Both the position numbers and the translations under genes were made by a program. Positions 49,241-62,400 of a stretch of DNA of 64,000 bases are shown here, one piece after another. The notes under the pieces are model-generated. The model was not told the DNA's origin, made no database searches, and worked only from the letters and a program-made list of their open reading frames with translations. The stretch's first letter is position 1, and each line of letters begins with the position of its first letter. This stretch comes from Selaginella moellendorffii (Eukaryota > Plantae > Lycopodiophyta), in the NCBI RefSeq assembly GCF_000143415.4, contig NW_003314437.1, positions 1 to 64,000 on the forward strand, given 5' to 3'.

Positions 49241-52200
49241 TGTGAGACACAAATTCCCTAGGCCCCAATGTGGAGCCGAAAGGGCGCCACGTGGTAGTGG
49301 CCGAAGCGAAAGCCAAACAAGCGTAACACGTTTGGACTAAAAGCTCCGACTTGGAAGGTCGAGAGCGGGAGTGGAACTCCCAACAAGGTGCTCAAGGAGC
49401 GAGCACGAGGCAACCAATAAGCAAGGCTCCAAAAAGGGACCCAAAAAGGACCAACACATGACACGTGGAAGTGTCCGAGATGGACTCCGAGATGGACCGA
49501 GACGGAGTCCGAGATGGAGTCCGATATGGAGTCCGAGGTGGACCGAGACGGAGTCCGAGATGGAGTCCGAGATGGAGTCCCAGCTGGACCAAGACGGAGT
49601 CCGAGATGGAGTCCGAGACGGAGTCCGAGGTGGACCGAGACGGAGTCCGAGATGGAGTCCGAGATGGACTGAGACAGAGTCTGAGATGGACCAAGACAGA
49701 GTCGAGATGGAGTCCGAGATGGAACCGAGATGGAGTCCGAGACGGAGTCCGAGATGGAGTCCGAGATGCACCCGAGATGGAATCCGAGATAGAGTCCGAG
49801 AAGGACCTGAGACTCGGACTGAGGTCGAGACCGGGACTAAGACTGGGACCGAGCCCAAGACCGAGACCGAGACTGAGACCGAGACCGGGACCGGGACCGA
49901 GGCCGAGGCCGAGTCTGAGTCCGAGTTCGAGTCCGAGTCCGAGTCCGAGTCCGAGTCTGAGTTCGAGTCTAAGAGGGTGAAAGCCCAAAGCGTTCGTCTC
50001 CCAGACCCTGGGGGGTTTGGTGAGCTCCAAAAGTATAGTAGGGGGAGGACTGCAGTGGAGCCAGTTTGGCCAAGAAAGGCCAGTTTGGCCCAGAGAGGCT
50101 GCACCCAGTGTTGGGTAATGAGTTGACCACTGGGAAGTCCAAGACTAGAGTGAACACGAACCGACAAGCGGGGTAGCTTGGTGAAGTGTTCAAGAGCCGG
50201 CTCTAGTTCCCCCGGGAGATCGTCTGGCCGATGCTCCCAGTCCAAGTGTGGGTGGCACTACCTACTTGGATACCTGGTGTGGCTCAATGGAACCTCACTC
50301 TAAGCCCATGGCTAGAGCACCTAAAGGCGAAAGGCAGGGAGAGTACCCACGAGGCCCACGTAGGGCCACGGTGTTTCGAAATGTCGTCCCAAAGTCCCAG
50401 ACTGTGGAAAGGTGTTCCCAAAAGGAAAACAACTTTGACACAAGTTGTGTGTGACCTCTATGGTACAGTGCTAACGGATGGTTGGCATGAGAAAGAGCAG
50501 TATTGGTCTTGGCAACACTCTAGAATACTAGGAGGTGGTGTTTGATGTCGCGAGGGTAATAAATAAGGCCCAAGGGACTAAGTCCCTAGCGAATGATGGA
50601 TAGAAGGTGCTATCCAAATGTCCAAAGGTGGCAGAGACAGGAGAAGACTGGTTACTCGAATTGGACAAAGCCAAAAAGGGAATTTTGGCAAGGCTAGTGA
50701 TGGGCATGTAAAGGCCTGTAAGGAACAACGTAATCTCGTTGTGTGGGATTATAGGGTGAGCATACTTGGATTGAGGAACCACTCCCTAGGCTATCGGGTA
50801 GGTTCATCCCTAAGAATACTTGCTGAGACATGATAGAAAGTGCAAAGCTATCCTCCTGGTCTGGAGGAGAATGACAGAAGGAAAGGTGCAAAGCCAAAAG
50901 CAAGAAGTAAGGGGATAGAACCGAACCATAGGAATCGAAGGGCATAACCAAGGTTGGTTATCCCAGCTGGGAGTGGAGAATCAAGTGGGGGCTCGAGGGT
51001 ATTGCCGCTAGCAACCGTGATGCCATGGAGAGTCTAAAATATGGAATTGTCCATGTTAGACTATATGGTAATTGGAAAGCTTGCAAAAAGGGAGGCCTTA
51101 GCAAGCTAAGGGACAAAGTTCCTTCAAGGTTCCCAAAGATGATTCTAGGTAGCTTAGTACCTAGAAAGGCCAAGCGTAAATAGTTCAAGGAACGCACAAA
51201 ATCAGAGTGGCACAGCAGAAGCATGGTCTTGAAGCTTGCCATGAGGCAAGGCTATCAAGGTTAGGGAAGTAGTTCCCGAGTGTTCAAAGAGAGGGCTTTG
51301 AACGAAAGTCGATGACCAAGGGCTTTCACGCTTGTGCAGGAACCATGTTACAGTGGTCGGAGGACTTGCCAAAGCGAGATTGGCAAGTCAGGGGAACAAA
51401 TACCCTAGTTGAAGGTGATAACTTCAAAAAGGGTGGGCCATGGGGCCAAGCATGGAGGAGTCCATGTATGATCACAGACTTGTCAAGTGAGAGGACTTGG
51501 CAGTGTGGAGGAACTAGATTCCTAAGCTGTGATCTATAACGCGCTTTGAGTATAAGTTGGTGCACCGGCGTGGGGAGTCACGCCAGGCATCCTGGGTGAT
51601 GCCATCCGTAGATGCATATACGGAGGTTGGGTTCAAGTCCCGACCCTCTAGTGCTTGGGTTCCAGTCCCAACTCACTAGGGCGTGGTGATGGTTTGGAAT
51701 ATGAGGACACTCATTTTTCGGTGGTCATGGGCTCTCAGTGTGGAGACTAGCTTGGGCACACCGCCAAGCGAGGGATGCCTCAAAGTTGTGATGCACGGTT
51801 AGATTGCTTAGTGTGGCTCAGCATATCTAACTTGAACACTTTGGTGCAAGTGGCACCAAAGACGTGGTGAATGAGACGGGGACACCCAGTCTCAGTTGCT
51901 ATGGACCCTTGGCTGGAAGGGCTGGCTTGGGCGCACCGCCAAGTGTGGGGGATGCCCCCGGGGTCGTAGTTAACAAGTTAAAGGTCTGGAAGACCTAGTG
52001 CCTATTGGCAAATCTGTTAAGGTGCCCAGGTGAGATCACTAGGTGATCTTGTGGCTAAATAAGGACAAGGTCCTTGTTTGGGCTAAGGAATGAGGTTCCT
52101 AGTTCAAAGTGTTGATTTGAACTATTGATGATGGTGTGGCTTGGTCAAGGTAACCAAGTGGGAAAAGCACCTTAGCGAAATGAGCTATGTCATTGCGATG

Positions 52201-52417
52201 GCATAGTGTGTCCAAGGAAAGTAGTCTCTAAAGAGACCTATGGGAGGGTCACAAAGTTGGGCCGTGGATAGAGCCCACAGTAGAAGATGCTAAAGAGACT
52301 TACTAGGGGTGAACACCCTAGTCTTGGCAAAGCAGAGCCTTTGCTATGGAATCAAAAGAATACCTCAAGGAGGGAGGTAGAGATTCGGTGTTGCTTGGTG
52401 CAATAATCAACGGATAG
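49241..52417 (+). mobile_element. Family-A LTR retroelement, inverted relative to 21928-28965, internally deleted
   Basis: 49241-50412 is the reverse complement of part of the family A LTR (starts TGTGAGACAC). 50413-52417 is the reverse complement of ~26715-24270 with a further deletion. Confidence 0.85.
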
Positions 52418-53614
52418 AAGCTCTATTTCGTTAAAGTGGGATTTATTCAGTAAAATGGGACTAGGTACAAATTTTCAAGTATTTGAAAATGACGTGAAAT
52501 TATATGTTTTTTGTCCAGGGGCTAGACATATCTGGGGCATGGTGACTAGCGGGTGACTTTATGTCCAGACTGCGTCCATCTGGTTGTATAATAAATCTCA
52601 TTGTCAAGGTGAACAAGCCGAATCTGAAGCTAAAGAAGAGCGATGGCATGTGCGCACACACTATTTGTTTGTTCATTGAGCGTGTGGTGAGCTTTCCAAG
52701 ATGAACGTCATTCCTATTAGCCAGACATATAACTTAATGGTGAGAACATTTAGATATTATTCAATGTTATCTTTTTCTAACGAATCTAATTGTGAAGGTG
52801 TAGCAAGAGGCATTGCTAGTCTGGAGAAGTCATTTAACTCATTTGACCCTTAGTGTATTTTCATGAAACTAAATAACATTCATATTATTAAGGAATTTCT
52901 CTAGTACCTTTTTTTTACGACATAGAGGCTTGCATTTCTTTCAAAGGTGATTTAGTAAAAGGCCTGAGGGCACATGCCATTCTATTTCTCAGACCGGTAT
53001 TAAGATATACTAGTGCAAAGGGAAAAAGGTATTTGGTGCTCAAGTAAATGGCATGAGGGCACACGCCATTATAAGCCTAAGCGCTAGTGGACACCTCCTT
53101 TTTGGTACTCTCAGCGGTACTATCATCCTTCTCCGGGTCAGTTGTTTTGCTTTGGATTGTTGTCTCTAACGTTACTGGGGCGTTCTCGATAGTTGTTAAT
53201 GTTGCCGTTTGTTCAGAAAAATGATCACCTGGAGTATAGTACGGGGAGTTTGGAAGACTTATATATTCTACATCTTCACCTATCTCCTTCTCCGTCTCCT
53301 TTTCTGCCTCACTTACAGATTTTGTGCTTGCCATGAGAACGCTCTTCACCCTAAAATATGGAGTTCGTTGTGTTATAAAAGGAAACCAACACACACGCTG
53401 CAAGGGAATGATGGTACATAAAGCACGTAAGCCCACAATATGGGTTTATGTGCCATTAATATGGGCCACACGCCATATTATTAGATTTATGCACATGTGA
53501 TTGGTAAATGCATATGTCACATCATCTCAGGCCACATGCCATCACGCCTCCTCTGATTCAGATTTGGATTGTTCACCTTGAAATAAAATACATTAGAAAC
53601 TTAGTAAAGGAATA

Positions 53615-56279
53615 TTAATGAATCTCACCTTGAACCCGGGTTATGAATGCTCTTGCTACATCTCTTGCATGGTCTGGCAAGGTGATGGTGGCACTCTGCT
53701 TCCGCATTTAACCATGCACAACATTATCCACCGATATGCTCATGCTGGGATCCCTTGGATTCAGCACCCATCTCTTTTCTAGGCAATCCTTCGTATATCC
53801 GGAACTTGGCTTGAACCACTCCACAGTTACATTGAAGGAGTTAGTTTCCGCGTCCTCCTCTACATCAGTGATGCAGCGCCCCACCCATATCATTTGTTTT
53901 TTATTACTGGGTCTGACAAGCACGACCATTCCTTTGCAGACCTGTACTGGATTGAATGCTGAATCCGGCTTCTTGTTCCTCGGCCCACAATAGTGATCCT
54001 CAACATCGTTATCTGTCACTGCATTTCCAAAGGACATTGTTCCGCTACTATCTGGTGCTCTGGGTTCTGGCCAAAAGGACTCTTCCAATTCTTCATATAC
54101 AACCGGCCCATTTTGGATAGCAGATATAATCTTCTCCCAGTATTCGAGCAAAGGCTTGCACCTCTGAAAATAGGATTCTCCACCAAACACCAACCCCCTC
54201 TTCCAGAAGGCAATATGCTGTCTAATCCGGGCCACTATACTTTCCTGGTCTTTGAGTCCATCCGGGTGCATCGGCCGTGGGGAACCCTGAGGAATCATAG
54301 GTTCCCCAGTTATGGGATCTCTCTTGAAGAGTTCAATGCTGTCCACTGGCAGCCACACTGTGTCCCATTCTCTCATCTTGTACCTCATCACTGGAGCACC
54401 GTCACACATGCTGAAATGAAACTGAAGAGGCTTGGAGTGGCCAATTAGCGTTTTGGATCCGTCCCTGATGTAGCCTCTTACAAACCCCTTAAAGTCTGGA
54501 ACCTCTGTGAGAAGTGCAGCTTCAACAGTGCCTTTGATGCAATTTTGGAATTCATCGTAGAGTTGTGGGAGGGTGAGGACATTGGATCGCCGGAGGGACT
54601 CTGCCAGGTGACTGAACATGGCATCGACGTCTTCATGAGTGTGCCCAACCATGAGAAAGCCAAGTGTAACCGTTTCAAATATGCCTTTGGCAACAAGCAT
54701 CGCCAAGTACGCGAAGACGTACATGTTTTTGTTCTCACTGCCAGCATTGTCTGTTTGGAGCAGAAGATGGGGTGGAAGGCCACATCGGCCGCAAGAACTT
54801 CCTTGAGATTCTGCTTCGTTTGGATGAGGCTGTGCATTCACCGGGCGACCAGCCTCGTCGGAATGGCATGAGGCCTCACGTGATAACCCTACAATCTGAC
54901 GGCCAACATATTCACTGGGATGGCATGGGGCCCCACGCGATACTGCAAGCCTTTGCTCCTCCTCCAGCTGAACCCTGTATGGGGTTCGATCGACAAGGGC
55001 CTTATGCAAGGGTTGGCCATTCAGCTCAGTCTGCGCACTTTGCAGAGACCTTAAGTGTTTTGCTAGGGACGCAATCATCATGTTTGCACCCCCGCCACCC
55101 CATAGAGGTACAAAGAAGTTCCCATAGTTCTGGGCACCATGCCCATGAGCGATTATGCCAAATAGAGACACAGGCAGTTGCATGGATGAAGAGATTGCCT
55201 TGGGGGCAAGATTGAGTCGAGGTAAGCACGTCTTTTTCTGGTCCATTTTGTCGTGGATGATGCAGAGGTAAGAGTCAGGTCTCTCCATGGAAAGAATCCT
55301 GTTATGATAATATGCAGTCCTGCAGCTTCTCTGCTCGATGTTGTGGTCGAGCCGCCTTCTAACCAACGTCTCTCGCGTAGAATGTGGTTCGAGGGACTCC
55401 ATAAATGATTCTCCATGCCTTCATGCAGACCAAACCCCTCTGGAAGACCATGCCCCCCACCTGATGTTCTGAAGCATCAACAGATGACCGTAATGCCTCA
55501 TACACAAAATTGCAAGCTGCCTTCCAGGACAATGTCTTGTATCTTGCTCTCTCCTCTTCAATAGCATCCCAATCAGCATGTTGACAGCACCTCCTCTTGC
55601 AACAAGCAACTGTCGAGACCATTTGAACCTCCATCGCCATTTTCTGCCTTTTCGGTTCGTTGCTCAGAACCCTTTGGCTGCACTTTAGGAAGGTGTACTT
55701 TCTTTTCCCATGAAGAGATGTTCTGTCATCAGTTGTAGTGGTGTTTGATTGTGAATCCTTCACATTCTCAAACACTAAGTGCCTCAATTTCCACCGCACA
55801 ATGCTTCCAATAGTCAGACTGTTTTCTTCTGTGTCAACAACCTCTAAAATCGCTACTCCAATATCATCCCAGCCCAATTCTTGATTAGCAACCGCATCTC
55901 TTGGATTGACAACTGTGGCTAAGCCCTCAGCTACCACCTCCCCCTCGGGGTTGTTTAGAAACACCTTTGCCTGAATCCATGTAGCACGGTTCTTAAGATC
56001 CACGGAGGGAACATGCGTCGCACTTGCACTGTCCCCAACATCTGCTTTCTTCTGAAGAGTTTTCAAGGCAACAACAACATTTACCCCGACGACCATCTCT
56101 CCTTGTTCAATAGCGACCACATTCCCATCGAAGACAGTCTCTACTGATACAGCAGCATTGCCTTCCCCAAGCCTTTGACACTGTATAACAAAGTTCCGAT
56201 CCATAGACACAAGGGTCCCTTTTGCAACTCTCTTCCCACCATTCAAAATGTAAACCTTTTCCCCAACCCTGAAGGCCAT
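53615..56279 (-). pseudogene. Sola-like transposase, copy 2 (404-bp frameshifting deletion; premature TAA at 53708)
   Basis: The junction at 55376/55377 removes copy-1 bases 33673-34076. TGG is replaced by TAA near the C-terminus. Confidence 0.85.
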
Positions 56280-59200
56280 TCTGAAAGTGCAGAAAAGAAG
56301 TTAAGACCATACAAAAAATGATTGGAGAATGGCCTAAATCATAACATACCAAACAACCTCAATAGCATGAGGCCACATGCCATTATTCAAACATGCTATT
56401 GACACCCACGTGAAATTTCGCATTCACAAAATTGGCATGAGGCCTCATGCCATCTTGATATACACACAGCTGCAGGCAAGTAAAAACATACATAACAATA
56501 CGCTAGCCATGAAATTGCAAGGGCCCAAGATGGCATGTGGCCTCATGCCATTTCTAAATGTGGTCCTAAGCCATTCCATGGTGAACATACCAGGAAGCAC
56601 AAGTGCCGAATATCAAGAGGAAGCGGTAGCCACACCAAAGACAGTGCCGCTCGCAACACCGCAACTACTCGTAGCGCCGCTCGCAACACCGCAACTGCTC
56701 GTAGCGCCGCTTGCACAAACTGCCACTCGCATAAACTGCCGCTCGCAATGGTGCTCGCAATGCCGCAACCGCTCGTAGACGCATAAACCACAGCCCACAA
56801 CACCGCTTACACAAGCAGCGCTCACTGCGCTCAGCGGAACCAAGAACACGGCGCGCAAAAATGATAGACCTAGGAATGAGTTTGAGAATTCAAAAATAAC
56901 ACACGCTTGAATGTCACATCAAATCCTCTGACAAACCAGATTTTATGATTCCTCTGACAAATTTCAAACTGAGTAGCTTCTAGACTTTGCTGTCGGAGGT
57001 TGAACTTTGTCACATCATGTCCTTGCCTCGATCCAGCTGTGCCATGTCAGTGATTCGAACTTTGCCATGCCATGTCAGCGATCCGCGCCAAAATTATTTG
57101 CCGTGTAAAGGAATAATTATGCTGTGTGTGTACGTCCATTTATGGCAATATAAGGCCACACGCCATTCAAAGAATAATGCTAGTCGAGCATTTTTTGGTG
57201 CATTTTTGGGTTCAAAATTGCATGAGCCCACACGCTATAAAGTTTACCTGTACCAAAAATAGAAACAGCTTTATTTACTTGGGAATTTAAGTGGTTGAGG
57301 CATTTTTAAACTTACAAACATATGCCCTACTTACATTCCTTTGGTTGCCTAAAATTCAAAAATATTATAAACCTTTCTTTTTGCATTTTCAATGTTTTCA
57401 ATTATGGTTTTTGATTTTCGTAGGACCAGCCTAGTAATCTATTTGCATCCCGTCATGTTTATAGCTAGCTTTCGTTCGTCCCCTTCGCTAGCCTGAGATA
57501 CATCTGCTCGGCATCTGCCTCTTACAGCATTTGCCCAGAAAGGGCATCTTTCTTCACGCAGCATTTGCCATATGTTTAGGGTTTAGGGTTTAGGGTTTTG
57601 CAATTCAGTAGCTTGATAAACATGCAAATACAGAACTTGATGCAAAATCCTTTGATATGTCACAATGCCCCTAGGACCATAAACACATTTCAATAGGGTC
57701 CTTTCATTTCATAACTCCTTACGTAGATCTTGGTGAAACCAGAGTTAGTGAAGTTAGTTTCTTGTGATCCTGCATCTGATTGTGATGTCCCTTTGCAGTG
57801 TCGATGGAAAGGTCAATGCACACCAAACTGTAAAATCTTAGAGCAAAATAACGGTCAGATCTATGGCAAATGCCCCTGAAACATTATAAGGCTCGTGTGG
57901 TCTCATGTGGTGTCCGATCGAGATGCTTCTTTGCAGGGTCATCAAGAAAGACATTGTATACCATTCTGTAAAATCTAGTTGCGATCTAACGGTTGGATCT
58001 CCAGAAAACTCAAAAAAATCTCGCGCGTGTCAAAATATTCTAGGAATATACTCCTATGTGCCCCTGAAAATGGCATGCGGCCCCACGCCATTCAAGAGAT
58101 AACGCCAGATGACGCCGAGAATTTTTTGGTGCATTTTTTGGGTTCAAAATTGCATGAGCCCACACGCTATAAAGTTTATCTTTGCCAAATAGAGAAAAGT
58201 TTATCTGTGTCATGTGAGGTAATTACAGTCCTTTGTGCTCGGCATCTGCCTCTTGCAGCATTTGCACTGAAAGGGAATTTTTCTCCATTCAGCATTTGGC
58301 TCTGAAAATGGCATGCGCCCACACGCCATTCAAGGAATAACGCCACAGGACGCCTGGATTTTTGGGTTTAAAATGTTTAGGGTTTTTTGGGTTTTTTCAA
58401 AATATTTTGGGTCTAACGTTTTTTGGGTTTCTTTGGTTCAAAATTGCATGAGCCCACACGCTATAATATTGATTTGAGAGAAAAATAGAAACAGATAGAA
58501 TTTCTTTATTTAGCTGAATATTTGCCATTTTTGGAAATACAAGATGCTTTGGAATATCCAATCATGCATGGTATAAATATAGCGAGGGTATTAAATGATA
58601 TCCCAATCATGATCTTTCTTTTGGATTTTGCGTGCATGCAGTCCGAGGAATGATGACGTTGCAGATTTCTTTTGGATTTTGCGTGCTTACATGCGCGCGG
58701 CAATCCAGAAATTAATGGTGGCGCCCAAGTCCGAGGAATGATGACGTGGCGGGATAACCAACCGTTGTGACATTTCGCGCGTGTGAGGTTAGGTTTTGCA
58801 TTTTGCTTCGTACTCGCGCTCGCACACTCGCGGTCGCGCTCGCATCACACTCGCGCTCCCACTCGCGATGACGCTCACATTCGTGCTCATCTACCTTCTC
58901 TACAGGTTTCTCGTGTGCATCGGCGTCCACTCGCGCTTGCATCACACTCGCGCTCGCATCGCGCTCGTGTGCATCGGCGTCCAGTTCAAGACACACCCAG
59001 TTTGTAACTTCGTCACCAACTCCACCGCCCACTCCGCCACCCACACGCAGCCCACTTGGCGTCCCAGGAGATTTCAGCGCCACTCTCCAACTGTAAGTGG
59101 CAGAGTAGCCTTGCTGCTACGATCCGCTACACACACAGTGCACATTCGCCAGCGAGTCCGGCCTCGATTGTCACGCCTCCATTCGGCTTCAAATGGTAAG

Positions 59201-59413
59201 TCTTTTAGGCCAAGTAGAAAATGGCATGAGGCCACATGCCATTCAGTAGCAACATTGGCATGCACCGATTGGGCTCTCGAGTGCAGTCCGGTTACAGATG
59301 GCGTGTAGCCTCACGCCATCTTAGGATGCAGCCTCAAGACATCTGATGCAGTGGTGAATGGCGTGTGGCCTCACGTTATTTCCAGCTGCTAGCTTTTCAT
59401 CTGTCAGCTCTAA

Positions 59414-62400
59414 TTGTTGTGCATTTCTGAACAGGCGAGGAATTGCGTTCTTCTTCCAGCCACTGTCAATGTGGATGCAGAGAAGGGGGAGGAGCTCACC
59501 AGTTGGACTTTCGGGATGGAAGGCGAGGATCTGATGCTATACAACATAGATGGTGGGAGAAAAGAATGCATGGGGATCCTCATCCAAGTGACAGACACTC
59601 CATGCAGTTCCATGCAAGAATATGGACTGGCACTTGTGGTAGAGACAGCGTCCGCCTTCAAGATCCACCTTGCACATCCTAGCGGCTTCCCGGAGGGGGG
59701 CAGCGGCTATGAGGAATTCCTAGAGGGAGCTAGGGAGAGGTTGTCTAGGAGGCCCACAATTTCAAAGACGCTGCGGGTCTATGAAGATCACATGGAATCC
59801 ACGGACCTCACCTACGGCGATGTTCAAAAACTATATTCCAACATTGAGCCGTTGAGAGTGCCTCCAGTTCGCGAAGTGAAGGGGAAGGGGGTCGATCTGG
59901 AAACTACCCCGAAGCAGAAAAGGGTGGTCAAGCTCAAGCCGACGTCCGACTCTGCTGCTCCAAAAAAGAAGCTACTCGGTGATGCCATTGCCTCGGGTTC
60001 GAACACTACACCCACCAAAAAGAAGAGCCGCAAAGAGCAGAAAGAGCAAGAAGAGGCAGCAAAAATCGTTGCAGATAATAGTACTTGTTACTATTCCAAC
60101 AAAGTATATACAATCGACGTGAGCCGTATCGACATCCAAAGCAAATACAACCACAGGCTAGTATCTGATGAGTGGGTGGAGAAACTGAAGCAGAAGATGC
60201 TGGCAAGTCCAGTAACACCCAACATCGCAGACGTGATCCCCTACTACCGAACAATGAAGGGCGAGACGAGGTTTCCAGACTTGATCAATAGGAAGGTGTT
60301 GGACGATCAGAACATCCGGTTCTATGCCATCTCCGGGCAGCATTCTAGCTTCGCGATGCAACAGATAGTTGTGGATATTATGGTGGGCGAGGAGGTGAAG
60401 AAAGTCTTCAAGACAAGAGTTGTCCGCCTGATAAAAGGCAACTCGCCCCTTCGATCTATCATATACATCTCCCACGCGCAGAATGTCAAGCAAGAAACGT
60501 GCTACAAATCGGGTTTGAACGAGACATTGGCACGAACACGGAAGCTCTGGGTTCAACTGAAGAAGCCACAAAAACCAAGACAAGGACGTGCACTAGCAAC
60601 TAGCGCCTGGCAGGTAAGCCTCGTTGCATGTGGCATAGCATGTGGCCTCACGCCATTTCCATTGCAGGAATTCTCGAGTCTTCTCTCGAAAACACTGGGG
60701 GTCAATGACACACTCAGCATCCATAACATTCTACTCGCGACAAAAGTTGTTTTTGACAAATGGGTAGATGTGCTGAGGAGGTACCATGACGGGGAGTTGC
60801 TAAACTCAATGGGTGTGGAGGACGGCCGGAAGCCCAATGATTTGAAGCTCAATGCCTTGTGTTTCTCGCGGTCTCTAGACGACGACGACCTTCTGACAGT
60901 GGCTAATGCTCTTCTACGTGGTGAGGTAGTCTTCAACAAGACCAAAATGACTCCCGGCCATATTGTGACATACGAGGACTTGTGCATGACTCTGAGAGCT
61001 CGTGCGCTATTGAAGGATTGGATCTTCGAGCAAGTGGCCGTGGAGAGGGTGAGCATCGACACCACGCAAGAGATGATGGAAGCGCTGGACTTGTCAAATG
61101 AAGACATCGACAAGTACGTGAAGGGGGCCCCCAAGTTCATCGATTTGCTGCGGGATGCCACGAAAAGTAAAGCTGAGAAGTTGGATTAGTATCCAAATTT
61201 CATTAAGAGGGATGTTGACCGCCGGCTTCAGAAACAGCTCGACCTCGCAGCAGAGGCCTATCGAGAACCTTACCGGGTATACGTGAATTCGGATGAGGAT
61301 CAAAGGTGGAGGAGCATCGTTTCCCGCGGAGATGAGCAAGTCAAGAACATCTTTTGTGTGATGGACTTCACAAACGAAGAGATCACTCATGCAGACGAAG
61401 TCAGCTCCATCATTGACTTAATGGTGGGACTTGCGGAGGTGGAATCTTCAGTCCACTATATGATCTACGACTCCGAATCCTATCACAAGTTCTGGAAGGC
61501 CTTGAACGAGGTGAAGGCTCGGTTGAAAGGCAAGGAGATGCGGGAGATCCATGGGATAATGGCTAAGAAGAAGATACCGACGAATGTCCGCATCTTCACA
61601 CTCGCGCTTGTTATTGGTCCTGCAGCAGAGTGGGACTGGAGTGACTTCCCAGCTTCGTTCCACAAGGCCGATCGAATTGATCTGAGGGAGGTCAATTTAC
61701 CTGTGCCTGAGGAACTGAAGACGGCTATGGAGCTTTCGAATCCAAAGAAAGCTCCAGGTGTAGCATGGGAAATGCTCAGCTGGGTCTTCAACACAATAGC
61801 GGGTGACTCCAAGGGCAAATGTGTTGTCGAGTACAACTGCGGCGGACTATTCTTTCGAGCTGCACTACTCAAGGGTGTCCCGTGTGTTGCGGTGACAAAC
61901 TCCATTGAAGAGGTGACTTCAATGGAGCATATAATTACAGTTGCCAAAGAAAAACAGTATCTTCTTTGCGAACCTGGTGAGTACGCACTTTAAGTTTAAA
62001 TGTTATCTCACAAGCTCTGTATGCAGGAGCATGGCCACCCCCAGATGCTGAAACGGCGTTAACAGCTACTGATGTTAGGCCAAGCTCACAATCTGCACAA
62101 GGTAAGGTCACGTGAGGCCTCACGCCATTTTGATTATAGATCGTTGTGAATATTCAGACACGAGGACTGAAAAGCGCACTGGTGGCGCGTTGAAGGACAA
62201 ACAGACAAGCAATAGGAAAAAAGGAGGTACAAATTATATTTGCAATGGCGTGTGGTCTCATGCCATTCCTTGCAGGAGACACTTCTTCAAAGGCAAAACA
62301 GGCAAGCACCAGCCAAGCTCAAACTGACAGTGGTCATAAAAAGCGAAAGCACGTTGGACAGTCATCGGGATCAGAGGCGTTTGATTTGAAAAGGAAGAAG

